DNA from: Lama glama
Taxonomy: Eukaryota
Length of the DNA stretch: 64,000 nucleotides
NCBI GenBank assembly: GCA_028534125.1
Contig: CM052816.1
Location: 98,086,001 to 98,150,000, forward strand
Direction of reading: 5' to 3'
The notes under the pieces were generated by a model that did not search any database, was not told the origin of the DNA, and saw only the letters and a list, made by a program, of their open reading frames with translations. Within the stretch, counting starts at the first letter, position 1. Each line of letters opens with the position of its first letter. A program made the position numbers and the translations under genes. This document shows positions 1 through 12,376 of the stretch, piece after piece.

Positions 1-439
1 GAAGGGACCAAAATCGCTCTTCATCGTTCTACACGGAGCCTGCCCATGGGAGCCGGGAGGTCGTGTGCGGCTCCTGAGCTGGTGACGGCGGGCTCTCCCA
101 GCAGCTCCTCATTTGCCAGCTCTGATTAATCACCTGTAGGAACACCTGTTCAAAAACCAAACATTTTAACAGAATTGTGTGTGTGTTTTTCGGTTTTTTT
201 TTTTTTTTTGGTAAGTGCACCGTGAACACCAAGAAAAGCCATGCACGCGTCCATTTGACTTTGCCACAAGTTGGAAATGCAGGAGGAGGCCAGTTTAAAT
301 TCGAGGGTCGCCTTCAGCTGCAGTGCTTACGTCACACAGACCTCCGGCCTTACTCCTACGTCCACACGTGCAGATTGAGGGGGAGCCCTCGGCACTGTGG
401 GCTGTCGGGTCAGGACAACACGGGGAGAAGCCAGGAGGA

Positions 440-564
440 CTTCCACTAACCATGCTGCACCTGACCTTGGATGTCCAGCCTCCAGAGCTGTGAGGAATGA
501 GGTCTGTCATGTAAACCGCCCCATCGTGGTGCTTGGTCAAGGTGGCTGGGAAGAGACCCAGACA
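440..564 (+). mobile_element. MaLR MLT1 LTR 3' fragment
   Basis: CCTTGGATGTCCAGCCTCCAGAGCTGTGAGGAATGAGGTCTGT resembles the MLT1 3' end (ttggacttccagcctccagaactgtgagaaataaat). Confidence 0.7.
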
Positions 565-1686
565 CATGGTTACTCTCGGCAGTGTTTGGGGCATTTTAGG
601 CACTTAGTCAATCAACAGTGATCAGTCAGTAAAGGGTCATTTGCTTTGGTTATTTCCTCTCTTGATTTTGCTGAGGCTTGATTGCTCGTCTTGTCTCCCA
701 GAGCAATTGTTTGATTGTTTCGCCCCCAGACCCCTTCTCAACAGGACGCTTAGCACTGGTTGGAGGTGGGTGGGGGTCGGGAGGGAAGCGCAGTGATGAG
801 GAGGAGGAGGATGGTGCTATTAAGACATCTCCATGCTCAGGCCATTTGTTACTTTCTTTTAAACTTTTCCTGCCAAGATGTGGAATCCAAGACAGGAGGG
901 AGACAGACTGGCCTCAAAGTGACGCAGACCAATAGGGGTCACAAGAGCAGACTTTTTGGCTGTCTTTATGGTGGAGACATTAGGATAACGAGGCAGAAGG
1001 GGGGCCAGCCTCGCCCTGCAGCTGAGCACGCACGGGCTGAGAAAACAAGGGATGTGCTGGTGGAATATTTATTCCTGGCCTTATTTATAGCATCGTCTGG
1101 TTCAGCATCAGAAATCAGCAAAGCTGCAGATTGTGGGCCCGCCCCTCCTGGCGGTGGGGCTCAGCGGGCGCTCAGCTTTCCGCACACGTCTCTTGTTTTC
1201 TCTCGCATCCTGGCCCCCATTCCGCTCTGGTCTTTATCAGTTTGCCGTCTGCTCCTGCAGTCGGCTCCGTGGGCTTCTGTGACCGAGTTATATTATGCAA
1301 GACATTTTGCTGGCCAGCAATTAAGGGACAGTTGTGCGAGGCAAGCAGGATTGTTCGAATCTCTTTCGGGGGGCTTTTCCACTTTGTAATTTTGTTGTGG
1401 AATGGTAGTCCCATCTGGGCTGGAATTTCCCCCCAATGATCCAGAAGCATTTATTTTTTCCTCACTATCTTTGAAGTTTCAAAGGCTTTTAGGGGTGAGA
1501 GATCCTATATAAAATGATGACATCAACAGTACTTTAAAATTTAGGAACAATTTTATGTAACTTATATTTTTACATAAATGTGCATCAAAAGGAATTATGT
1601 GTATGTATGTGTATTGCAATTTTATTACATTCATTGTGTATAATTTTATTTTAATTATTATTGACCTTAATCTACCGTTTCATGTA

Positions 1687-2095
1687 TGTTGGCTACAAAT
1701 TAGGGATCTTTCAAGTGATATCTTTTGAAAAGATAGGGGTTATTTTTCCTCCTATGACAAGCGATTCCAAGTTGTCTGCCCAGAGCAGCTGTCACTCCTC
1801 ATGAGCGTCACTGATCTGCCTCTCTCCTCTGCCATTCTTAGCCTTGGCTTTGTCTTCACATCACAAGATGGCTGCTGTACCTCCGGGTATCATGCCTGCA
1901 TTCCAGGCAGAGAAAATCCAGAAGAGGAAGGACAAAAGATGATGAACAAAAGGATTTCTCCTGTGGAGGCATTGCCGTTTTATTCTAGAAGGGCTGTATC
2001 CCTCAGGGACTTCTGCCCGCACCTCACCGACCGGAATGGTGTCTCATGGCCGCCCCGAGCAGCAAGGGTGGCAGGTGATCTGCATCTTAGCTTAT
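1687..2095 (-). mobile_element. Old MaLR LTR (MLT1K/L-like)
   Basis: CAAGATGGCTGCTGTACCTCC...CATTCCAGGCAG and GGAATGGTGTCTCATGGCCGCCCCGAGCAGCAAGGG match motifs typical of antisense MLT1K/L. Confidence 0.65.
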
Positions 2096-2979
2096 ATGGC
2101 CTTTAGAGCAGAGGCAGGCACGAAGGGAGGGAACTAGAAATGGGAGTTGTCAGATAACCTCTGACACTTTGAGAACAAAAGACGACCAGGGTCCCCACAT
2201 ACTGGGTGCTGATGGTGGTTCTTTCCTGCAGAAACTTACTCTGTGGGGGTAACCTAAGGCTAAACTGTAAATTTTCATGTAAGTAAATTTGGGTCCCAGA
2301 TGCAGTGTTGTGAGTTTTCCAAGTTTAGTTCATTTGGTGAGCATGTGGAGTCTTTTACATTAAGAGCCCAAAGGTGCAAGGAACGAGGGAGCATTATATC
2401 CACTGCAGAGGCAGTCTGGGACAAGAAGGATCAGGATTTGGGAACTTCCACGGGGTCATCTGGGAAGTACTATCGAAGTTGTAAGAGCAGAGGTGGAGTC
2501 CATGACCCATGTCTCCTTGTATCCCAGACTGCAGAGTGCCCTGGTCCACGCCTTGCCCCAGGTCCGTGCCACAGCCTCCGTCTGTTGGTTTTGCCTTTGT
2601 CCTGTGTGTGTAATTCCAAGTCAGGGGTCCAGATGCTGCTGCAGCCGAGATTCAGGGGACGGCTAGAAAGGCAGGCAGAGTGTTGGCCCTGGTCCTCTGA
2701 GGTGGGAAGATTCCTGAGTATAGAGCTGCAAGACCCTGGAAGCACAGTGGTCCTAAAGGGCTTCCCGCTATGTGTGGGTGGCTGGGTGAGGGGAGCCAGA
2801 GGACCAGAGAGCCAGGCGGACACGCATCCTTGTCCCCCTGTGCTGGCTGCAGCACCAGCACCAACCTCTGTAGGGCATCACCCCCAGTTTATTCTCAACT
2901 TCTCTTCCCCTCCATTTGCAGTCATCTCTTCCTCCCTTCCTGTGGGAGGTGATGGACACAAAGACAGTTCCAGAAACCG

Positions 2980-3054
2980 CAGCCCTCCCGCCTCCTCTAG
3001 CTCTTCTCCCCTCCCCCCTTCCTCCTCCCAGCCCTCCCTCCCACTCCTCCTCTT
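2980..3054. repeat. C/T-rich low-complexity tract
   Basis: Near-continuous polypyrimidine run (CCTCC/CTCCC units). Confidence 0.7.
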
Positions 3055-5475
3055 GAAAATGCCCTGCACCCTGTCCTGTGTCCTCCAGTCGCCCTCCCAC
3101 AAAGGGACTGGGTTTGAGATGCACTCAGGGTGAAGAAGAGTTCAGTCCTCTCCCGCCTGCCCTGACCCCTTGGTCACACACTCCCTGTGCCACCCCCAGT
3201 CCACCCTGTGGGGAGCCTGCTCTCTCTGTGTCAGTGTCTTAGGGGACAATTCACGTCTCTTAGAGCAGCCTGTTTGTGCGTGGTGTTAATTCTCAAGCGT
3301 GTGCAGGCTGGAGCGTCCGCATCCCAAAGGGATGTTAACACAGTCGTCTGCTGATCTCATCAAACGCAGCGACTGGGGCCCAGAGTGAGGCTGAATTATG
3401 AAATCAAGGCATAAAGCAAAACGCAGGATCGTTCTTTTCTGTCAGCTGTTGTCAGACTCTCCTGCCGGTCCTCAGATGTGCCTCACGTGCCCTTGGGAGA
3501 CAGATCGAACTGTGGGAGCGAATGGAGGACGCTTTCATTACTGTTATTAATAACCACGCATTCATTGTCCACAGAGTGCGAACAGAAACTTACTCAGCAG
3601 GAGCCGGGCCGCCTCCCCCATGTATAACAGGGCTTAAACAGTATCGATTTAGTCCTGGTTTTATTGTATCTCTTGTTGAGCTTCTGTAGTCTTTTGTTTG
3701 TACAAATGTTACACGGGAAGCACTTAGTTTCGTGTGCTTGTTGTGGGCTCTGGAAAATGCAAACAGAGCAGTGCCTTCCAGACCCCACCCCCCTCTCACC
3801 AACTCCATGTATCTTTCCGGGCAAATCAGAAATTGCCTAAGCCTATATTCAGGGTTATGCTCGTAAAAATACAAATAGCATCGTATTATCTACACTGCAG
3901 AGCGTTTCACTTTTCTCACTTAAAACACCCCTGCAGATGCTGCTTTCTCAGCCTGCGCAGGGCTGAGTCGGGCGGGCTGGCAGCGCCCCACCTGAGGGCT
4001 GCTGCAAGGTGGTCACGCCACCTCCCTGTGGGGAGTCCTTCCCGCTCTGCTGTGGCAAACGACGCCACACTCTGTTGTTCGTGTCATCAGCCACCATCTG
4101 AGGGTACCCCGTGAGATGACTTTCTTGAATTGGAATGATGTGTATTTGAATTTTGGTAATTATTGCCAAATTGCTATCTAAAGAGGGGCCCCAACCAGCC
4201 CTCCCCGCGTAGTGCACGGAAGCCCCACGCTCTGACTGAGCTCTGTGCCGCAGTGCTCGGCCCCCAGGCCCTCTGCAGAGGCGGACCACAAAAGCTAAGA
4301 GTTTCCCGGGCATCCTTCTAGCATCCTGTGGCAGGCCGAGCCCGGATGCGTGCTTATACTCTCTCTTAATTCTCCTGAACAGTTGTGAACATTTCCTCAA
4401 ACTGGGACAAGGTCTGTGGGTCCCCAGAGCCGTGCAAGCACCTGGGGAGGTGCAGACCTGAGCGAGACAAGGAAACAATCACCTGGTGCTTCTCACCCGC
4501 CAGCACGACACAGCCTGGTGGAAGCTGGCAGAGCACCGCAGGCTGGGTGTGGCCTGCAGGATGTGTAGAAATCAGGTAAAGGATGGCTCGGCGTGTCCCT
4601 GGAGTGTCCATGTGTGTGCTTGGCTGGCTCTTGCCAAGGTCCTGTGAAGGTAAGTGTCAATACCTCCCTTCCTGTGCTTTCAGTGTTTCCCAGCATCTGT
4701 GGTGAGAAATAAAGTTTACATCCCACTCCCAGACCGTAGATCCAAAGTTTCACAAAATAATACCTAGTTTTGCCATGGGTGTGAGCTGTGGTCTGTCACA
4801 TCCCATTCCTTCTCTTCCCGGAGCTGATGGAGAGCCACTTCTTGGTTTCATAACCATGGAGGGGCTGTCACCTGCTGTTGCAATGTAATTCTTTGTTCCT
4901 GGGGTTCTCCTGGGATCGAAGGGGCAATATAGATTTGAGCTACCCAAGTGTAAGAAATGGCCAAATAATCTCCCACGGCCCCATAATTATTCTTCTGACC
5001 TCACCCATGTCTCTCCATCCTTTATTTTAGAGCTGCCCGTCAGCCTTCCTCGAGCCAGCTGGCCACGGTTGACCCCTGGTGTGGGGCTGGACAGGGTCTG
5101 AGGTGAAGGAGACCCTGTGGACTCAGAGTGATGCTCTTGTGATGTCTGCAGGGGGTGGGCTGTGGATCAGAGAGACCCCATGCAGCCGAGAAGAGATTTC
5201 AGTCCATTTAGGAGCTTCCCGGGGAGGAGAAAGGGGGAGGGAAAGAAGGAAGCTCGCATCCGGTGAGGACGCTTGTTGGGGGGGCTCCACGTGGTTTGGA
5301 CCACTGACTTGTCACAGCAGCCCTGAGTGGGAGTCCTGCCATCCTCCCTTATTCAGAACTGAGTCCCGGAAGGCTGAATCCTCACCCGAGGCCCCAGGCA
5401 GCAGAACCAGCTCTGAGTCCAGAAGTCTTGCTCCAGGTCAGAGAACTTGTGAATTGAACTTCATTCTTTAAAAAA

Positions 5476-6325
5476 AAAGTCTGTTTAGGTCTTCTGCCCA
5501 TTTTTTTTGATTGGCTTGTTTGTTTTGATATTAAGTTTCATATAACTCAATATTGGATATTAACCCCTTGTTTGTTACATCATTTGCAAATATTTTCTCT
5601 CATTCCATAGGTTGTCTTTTTGTTTTGTCAATGGTTTCCTTTGCTGTGCAAAAAGCTTTTAAATTTGATTAGGTCCCATATGTTTATTTTTGCTTTTATT
5701 TATTTTCCCTTGGAGATTGATCTAAGAAAATATTGCTACAATTTTGTCAAAGAGTGTTTCTCCTATGTTCTCCTCTAGGAGTTTTGTGGTGTCATGTCTT
5801 ACATTTAGGTCTTTGAACCGTTTTGAGTTTATTTTTGTGAATGGTGTGAGGGAGTGTTCTAACGTCACTGGTTTACAGGTGGCTGTCCAGCTTTCCCAAC
5901 CCTTATTGAAGAGACTGTCTTTCCTCCATTGTATATTCTTGCCTCCTTTGTTGAAGATTAATTGACCGTAGGTACCTGGGTTTATGTCTGGGCTCTCTAC
6001 TCTGTTCCGTTGCTCTGGGTGTCTGTTTTTGTGCCAGTACCACAGTGTTGTGATTACTGTAACTTTGCAGTGTGGTCCGTAGTCTGGAAGGGTTAGGTCT
6101 CTAGCTTTGATTCTTTTTCCTCAGGATTGCGTTGGCAATTCTGGGTCTTTTTTGTTTCCATATAAATTTTAGGATTATTTGTTCTAGTTCTGTGAAAAAT
6201 GCCGTGGGTATCTTGATAAGGGTTGCAATGAATTTGTAGATTGCTTTGGGTAGTATGGCCAATTTAACAATATTAATTCTTCCAACCCAAGGACATGGGA
6301 CATCTCCTCATTTCTTTGAAGCATC
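5476..6325 (-). mobile_element. LINE-1 fragment, ORF2 3' region, antisense
   Basis: Typical antisense L1 ORF2 text (GTTTCCTTTGCTGTGCAAAAAGCTTTTAAATTTGATTAGGTCCCA; GATTGCTTTGGGTAGTATGGCCA). The ORF at 5744 ([17 protein letters not shown]) is the usual L1 antisense read-through. Confidence 0.93.
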
Positions 6326-6523
6326 CCCAAGAAGCAGAAAAGCTGCAGAAAGGGATTCCCCCCTGGAGCCTCCGGAAGGAGCCAGCCCTGTAACACCTTG
6401 ACTTCAGCCCAGTGACACTGATTTCAGAATGCTGGCCTCCAGCACTGGGAGAGAATAAATCTGTGTGCTTTAAGCAGCTAAGTGTGTATGGATTTCTTAC
6501 TGCAGCCACAGGAAACTAATACA
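6326..6523 (+). mobile_element. MaLR MLT1D-like LTR, 3' half
   Basis: CTGGAGCCTCCGGAAGGAGCCAGCCCTG...AGAATAAATCTGTGTGCTTTAAGC...GGAAACTAATACA, the canonical MLT1 terminus. Confidence 0.88.
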
Positions 6524-6569
6524 GCCTTTTTTTCTGCAAGAGGGCCTACCTCTCCTGCCTGTGGCCAGA

Positions 6570-7250
6570 GCTTCACTGTGGCAATGGGGCTGTCCTACTG
6601 ATGTCAGGCTTGGCCACGTGACTTGCTTCAGCCAATGAAGTGTGAACAGAGGGGCTGCAGGGCCTGGTCATGTGACTTGCTTCAGCCAATGAAGTGTGAA
6701 CAGAGGGGCTGCAGGGCTTGGCCACGTGACTTGCTTCAGCCAATGAAGTGTGAGCAGAGGGGCTACAGGGCTTGGCCACATGACTTGCTTCAGCCAATGA
6801 AATGTGAGCAGAGGGGCTGCAGGGTCTGTTCACAGTGACTTGCTTCAGCCAATGAAGTGTGAGCAGAGGGGCTGCAGGGCTTGGCCACGTGACTTGCTTC
6901 AGCCAATGAAGTGTGAGCAGAGGGGCTGCAGGGCTTGGCCACGTGACTTGCTTCAGCCAATGAAGTGTGAGCAGAGGGGTTGCAGGGCCTGGTCATGTGA
7001 CTTGCTTTGGTCAATGAAGTGTGAGCAGAGGGCACATGGGGGCACTTCTGTGGTCCAGCAGAGCCTCACGTGATGGTCACTGCCCAACTCCTTCTCCCCT
7101 TCTCTGCCATGAGAACAGAGCATCTGCTCTTGACTCCAGACCTGGGACTGGTGGGAGGAGGAGCAGAGCTGCAGCCAGCACCTGGCCACCTGCATGAGTG
7201 GGAAACAGCCCTTCCTTGTCAGCCTCTGAGATGGTTTGTCCCTGCTCACA
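6570..7250 (+). mobile_element. Old MaLR LTR (MLT1I/J-like) containing an internal tandem expansion
   Basis: GATGTCAGGCTTGGCCACGTGACTTGC...CAATGAAGTGTGAGCAGA matches the MLT1H-J motif gggcttggccatgtgacttgctttggccaatg; LTR-like sequence resumes after the array. Confidence 0.7.
6608..7032. repeat. 54-bp minisatellite, about 8 copies
   Basis: Unit GCTTGGCCACGTGACTTGCTTCAGCCAATGAAGTGTGAGCAGAGGGGCTGCAGG starts at 6608, 6662, 6716, 6770, 6824 (55 bp), 6879, 6933 and 6987 (partial). The ORF track shows the matching 18-aa periodicity. Confidence 0.97.
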
Positions 7251-7254
7251 GCTT

Positions 7255-7595
7255 GGCTCCTGGCGGGGCTGGCCCCTGGGTGGCATTGGCAGGAGGGCCG
7301 CAGCAGCAGGGACACTCTCTCCTGCTTCTCTGGCAGTCTCTGGGTGTTGGCTGTGGTTCCAACTCCCGCCAGGCAGCCCCCTCTGGGGACCCAGCTCCCA
7401 TCAGAAGGCCTGGCCTCTGGGCTCTGCTAAGACCCACCTCTCCCTGGTTCCCCTGCAGCCCTGGCAGCTCCTCCTGCTCTTACTAGTCCTTGGATCGCCT
7501 CATGGTTTGGTTTTCCTTGTAGCTAGTTTTCCGTATTAAGTGGCCTCTGTGGAACTGCCTGGAGTGGCCCCTGCTTTTCTGGCTGGATCCAGCAG
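7255..7595 (+). mobile_element. ERVL LTR16-like fragment
   Basis: CTCCTGCTCTTACTAGTCCTTGGATCGCCTCA...TATTAAGTGGCCTCTG...TGCTTTTCTGGCTGGATCC resembles the LTR16 3' end. Confidence 0.5.
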
Positions 7596-7760
7596 GAGTA
7601 TCAGGTGAGCGAATTGAAGAGAAGAGGACTGCGGCTCTCCGCGGAGGGAGCAGAACACAACGTGTGGCTGTGTCTTGGTGGCGGGAGGGGAATGTAAGAA
7701 ATGCATGGACTCTTCAACTAATGAAATATAAATTCTTCATCCTCAAAAAGGGTTGCCAAA

Positions 7761-8260
7761 NNNNNNNNNNNNNNNNNNNNNNNNNNNNNNNNNNNNNNNN
7801 NNNNNNNNNNNNNNNNNNNNNNNNNNNNNNNNNNNNNNNNNNNNNNNNNNNNNNNNNNNNNNNNNNNNNNNNNNNNNNNNNNNNNNNNNNNNNNNNNNNN
7901 NNNNNNNNNNNNNNNNNNNNNNNNNNNNNNNNNNNNNNNNNNNNNNNNNNNNNNNNNNNNNNNNNNNNNNNNNNNNNNNNNNNNNNNNNNNNNNNNNNNN
8001 NNNNNNNNNNNNNNNNNNNNNNNNNNNNNNNNNNNNNNNNNNNNNNNNNNNNNNNNNNNNNNNNNNNNNNNNNNNNNNNNNNNNNNNNNNNNNNNNNNNN
8101 NNNNNNNNNNNNNNNNNNNNNNNNNNNNNNNNNNNNNNNNNNNNNNNNNNNNNNNNNNNNNNNNNNNNNNNNNNNNNNNNNNNNNNNNNNNNNNNNNNNN
8201 NNNNNNNNNNNNNNNNNNNNNNNNNNNNNNNNNNNNNNNNNNNNNNNNNNNNNNNNNNNN
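7761..8260. other. Assembly gap (500 N)
   Basis: Run of 500 N. Confidence 1.
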
Positions 8261-8959
8261 GGGTGGCTTCCTCAGGCTTTTTTGGTATGAATGATTTCTC
8301 CTTCCACTTCTTGGTAAATATCTTTGTTGTTGTTACTTTTTAATTATAAAACTTTGCATCCATCGTAAAGAATTTAAGTGATGTAGAAATGAATCACAAA
8401 AAATAGAAATTTCCGTAATTCTTACCCCAGTTTATAACTCAGCATTAATATGTCCAGGTATCTTTACATATGTAGATAAAGATTAATATAACATATATTG
8501 TTTATGCATATAATATTTCTTATCTTTAATTTTAATTAGATTATACAAAGGATATTATTATATCTATATTGCTTTTTTCACTTAATAATGCATATGTAAC
8601 AAATTTCCATGAATGTAAATACTTTAGTAGAAAAATTACATTACAAAAGATAAACTAAAAATACATTATGGTATATCTATTCATTGGGCATTAAAGTATT
8701 AATTATGACAATTACATAATTATGTGGAAATATGATATTCAATGAATGAAATGTGATATAAAATTATTCATAAACCAAATATCCAGATAGAGTTTCCAAA
8801 CAAACCCGTTCCTCCTCTTCTACAAATCCAACGCGTGTGAAGCTGTATCTTATCCTCCATGAAAGAGCTGGGATTCCTCTTTTTCAAATGTGTTCTGAAA
8901 TGAAGTCTCAGGTCTCGTCTTCCCACCGCATTTTGTCAACCCCCCAAATCAGTAAGCTG

Positions 8960-9330
8960 GATGTCATCCTGGGACACTCCCTGGCCGTCTCCTGGTGTCA
9001 TCCTGGGCAGCTGGCCTCCCCTCCGCTCCCCGGCCACGCTGTCTTCCTGCATTCCTTCAGTACTTCATCTCGTTCTTGCCTTAGACCTTCACACCAGCTG
9101 TTCCCTCTGCCAGGAGCACCCTCCTCCTGGTCTGTTTTTAGAAAAACTCACCTGTACACAGAAGCCTTCGTTGGACATCAGTCTGAAGCATTTCCTGCAT
9201 GGCACTTAGAGCAGCCTGATGGCTCCTCTGTTTACATTCGCTGGTTGTCCCTCGTCTGTTTTCTCCTTCCTCCCATAATGTCAGCTCAAGAGTGCCGAGC
9301 CCCCAGCATCCTCAGTTCCTAGAAGACTTC
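8960..9330 (+). mobile_element. LINE-2 3' fragment
   Basis: CCGGCCACGCTGTCTTCCTG...CTTCACACCAGCTGTTCCCTCTGCCAGGAGCACCCTC matches the L2 3' motif gctgttccctctgcctggaa. Confidence 0.7.
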
Positions 9331-10514
9331 CTGTAAACCACAGGTTCTGGGTCAGTATCGCTGAGTACATTTTAAAGTTTCTTAATGGAGTGCATTGCAC
9401 ATATTTTCTCCTATTATTACTGCACTGTTCTAGGTGAATGTGTCTTGGGGGAGTCGAGAAGTGGTTTGGTAGTTGATATGCCATGGAATTAATCATCTCG
9501 GGTCAAGTGATGGGATGAGAAACAGATTCACCGAGAGCCACGACCTGACATCCCCTGTGAGGAGGGCCATGCCGTGGGGGAATCAGCACGTGGGCTGAGA
9601 ACCAGGGCAGCCACGAGGGTGAGGCCAGTTCTATTTTTTTCCCAGCTGCGTGTCTCCAGCTACATTATTTCATTCCATTTAACTTAATCCTTGACAACAG
9701 TACGAAGTAGGCACTATATATATTTCATGAAGGAACCAGTTGCGTGTGAGAGATTACATGTAATTGGTGTCTGGCCTGGCATAGATCCTCATTAAACGCT
9801 GGCCCCCTACAAACACGATCCCACATTCTGATGTGCTACGCCTTTACGAGAATGTGATGGATTAAAATTCAAAACTCTATAACCAGAAATCAAAACGAAG
9901 TAATTTCTGAAATTACAGAAATGCTTCTCCACAGAGGAACTCACCCACCAGGAGTCTGTAATTACAACACTACCTCTTACATTTAAATGTGGTCCTAGGA
10001 GCAAAAAGGTGTGCAAACGTGGCGTTCAGTCAGCTCCATAGCCTGGAAGGGAGACACAGGCTTCCCACGTCTCTTTACTTAGAGGGTCCCCTGTGCTGTG
10101 TCCAAGGGAGGCCAGTGGGGCAGCTCCTGTCCTGTTATCTGTCCACCAGCCCTGAGGCTTTGATGCATCAGTGTAGGAGCTTGGCGAGCCTGCCCAGGTC
10201 TGCTCCCTCACCCATGCTGGAATTCTTCCTATCTTCTGGCCCCTTTCCAAGGGGCTCATCATATGGATTTAAATCTACATATGTGATAATTGAAAAGAAA
10301 AGTAAATGTTATGGACATTCAAGTGACTTCTTTTTGCTAAGACTGGGAGAAGCAGTTGATGATAATTAGCAATTTCTGTCTCAGGTTCAAAAAAATCTTA
10401 ATTTTCCCCCTCAGGCTCCTTGCAAATCAATAAAGTTATTCCTCCTCTCCATGTTGTTTGCAGTTAATTAGCCTGACTGCGTGCAGCATTCACAGTCATC
10501 TTAGAGGCGTGTTG

Positions 10515-10640
10515 ACACACATTTCAGTAATGGAAAAACAGAGACTCAGAGAGGTTGAGAAGGTTGTCCAGGTCACACAGCTTTCAAGTGGCCATAAGTG
10601 TGGGTCCTTGGACTTCAGGTCCCTGTTCCCCGCAATGACA
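10515..10640 (-). mobile_element. MIR SINE fragment
   Basis: GGAAAAACAGAGACTCAGAGAGGTTGAGAAGGTTGTCCAGGTCACACAGCT is the antisense MIR core. Confidence 0.8.
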
Positions 10641-10654
10641 CTCTGGCGCCAGCT

Positions 10655-10780
10655 CCTGTGGCCGCAGTAGCAAATCAGCACAACTTGAGCAGCCTAACGG
10701 CACACGTTTGTCCTTTATAGTTCTGAAGGTCAGGAGTCCGCCATGGGTCCCATGGGGCTAAACTCAAGGTTCCAGGGCCC
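10655..10780 (-). mobile_element. MaLR MLT1 (D-like) 3' fragment
   Basis: TAGTTCTGAAGGTCAGGAGTCC...GGGCTAAACTCAAGGT is the reverse complement of the MLT1D 3' end. Confidence 0.65.
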
Positions 10781-12239
10781 AAAACAGACGCTCGCCCTGT
10801 GCAATGACCCATTGCCTATACGGGCTGAATCCCAGCCAGGGCGCCTCTTAGCAGACGTCTGGTCTCCCCTCCTGTTTCCAAAAGATTGAGTTCCAGGAAG
10901 CTTGTGTTTGCTGAGCCTGGGGCACAAAGCACTCCGCCTGCCACTCACATTCTATTTGAATTTCATAAAAACAGGAAGAGTAAGTGTGTGAGACATTTTC
11001 TATTCAATTTCAAAGTACTTTCTTAAAAGTGACTTCTGACGACTGTCATTTAAAGGGAATAGACACAGCATGAAAAAAAAAAAACCCTGAAATCTCATAA
11101 TATAAAAATTACTTGATTTCCCCTACTTTACCATTGGTTAAAGGAAAACCAGCTCTTTTTCTGTCTCGAGCTGGTGTGATCCTTGGATTCATATGACTTA
11201 GTTCTTGCTGGTCTTCATACTTCACGCGCAGAGCACCTAATGGAATCAACAGTAAAAGCAGAGAAAATACCGCCCACGTCCACAGATTTCAGCTGAAAAA
11301 CAACACTGCAGCAGGAACAAGTATTTACTGTTATCTGTGAGACCCGCTCCACTCCCCCTCTCTCTCCCCACATCCACCCAAGCTCTGCAGACCATACATC
11401 ACGGTCTGACCTTCTGTACAGAACGGCAGTCACAGCCTCTCAGAGATCCCCAGCGAGCGCATCTTTTGTCTTGGATTCCCAAGTCCTGTGTTACACTCAC
11501 TCTCCAGGACATCCCCACCCCAGCATCCTACCACCTTGGGGTGCTTCTCACCAGTGATCAGTCTGGAGGGGCATGGAGGAGGGGGGAGGGGATGCTCGCT
11601 GCTGGAGCAGAGACGCCCCCACCCTCAAGCCGAGGCAGAGACCTGGATTTCAGAATCATTGGTCCTGTGTGACCTCTGTGTTTACTTTGTGCATTTAACA
11701 CAACACCCTGCACAAGGTTTCATAGCTTCACAGGCTGTTGGAGAGAGCTGGGGAGAGCACACTGGAGTGAGGCTAGGACTCCTGGTGGAGGGGAAGCGTG
11801 GGGAGGGGAAGAGCTGGTGCTGCCTGAGTGGGGCCTTGGGGGCAGCTCTGAGCACCCTGAGCAGCCAGACTGTGTCCTTCGCCAGGTCCGAGTCTTCCAC
11901 ACCCTTTCAGCGCAGCAGCCTTCTGGGGGCACCTGACACGGGGCTGTCTGCTCGGGACCCACGAGAGAGTGCAGAGCTGGGGAGAGCCCTGTCTGCCCCC
12001 TGGGGACTGGCTGACACAGACAGAGGGCGACTTCTGTGCAGAAGGCGGTGACGGGCGGGCGCTGTGATCCAGGTTCTGTGAAAGCTGGAATCTAGGAGTA
12101 AGAGGGGAGGAAGAACACAGCCCCGCCCGGGCCGGGACCATCGCGGGGAAGTGGGGACCGACCTTTGTCTGGGAGGCTAGGTCTGTTTCAAGGTATAAGG
12201 GAGGGACGTTTTATCGAGTTCAGGGTAAGAACTCGGGGC

Positions 12240-12376
12240 ATGTATGCCTGCATCCGCGTGTGTGTTTGTGAGGGCACGCACGCACGTCCCTGCATGTGCA
12301 CGCTTGCATGTATGGTCTCACTTGCACTCACCTACACGTGTGTCTGCCTGTGCACCTGTGTGTGTGTGCGTGTGTC
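12240..12376. repeat. Degenerate (TG/CA)n alternating purine-pyrimidine tract
   Basis: TGTGTG/CACGCA runs, e.g. CCTGTGTGTGTGTGCGTGTGT. Confidence 0.7.

Noticed and set aside
760..1389. 209-aa ORF
   Set aside because: Non-ATG start, no recognisable homology, no convincing exon structure.
2300..3133. 277-aa ORF (longest in the window)
   Set aside because: No recognisable domain; extended by a C-rich low-complexity tract in GC-rich DNA.
6608..7032. CRISPR array or repeat-protein gene
   Set aside because: Units are contiguous with no unique spacers, no cas genes are present and the context is mammalian. The 18-aa periodic ORFs come from the 54-bp unit and are frameshifted at unit 5.
7664..8343. 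ORFs crossing the first N gap (likewise 40581-41174)
   Set aside because: Artefacts of translating N runs.
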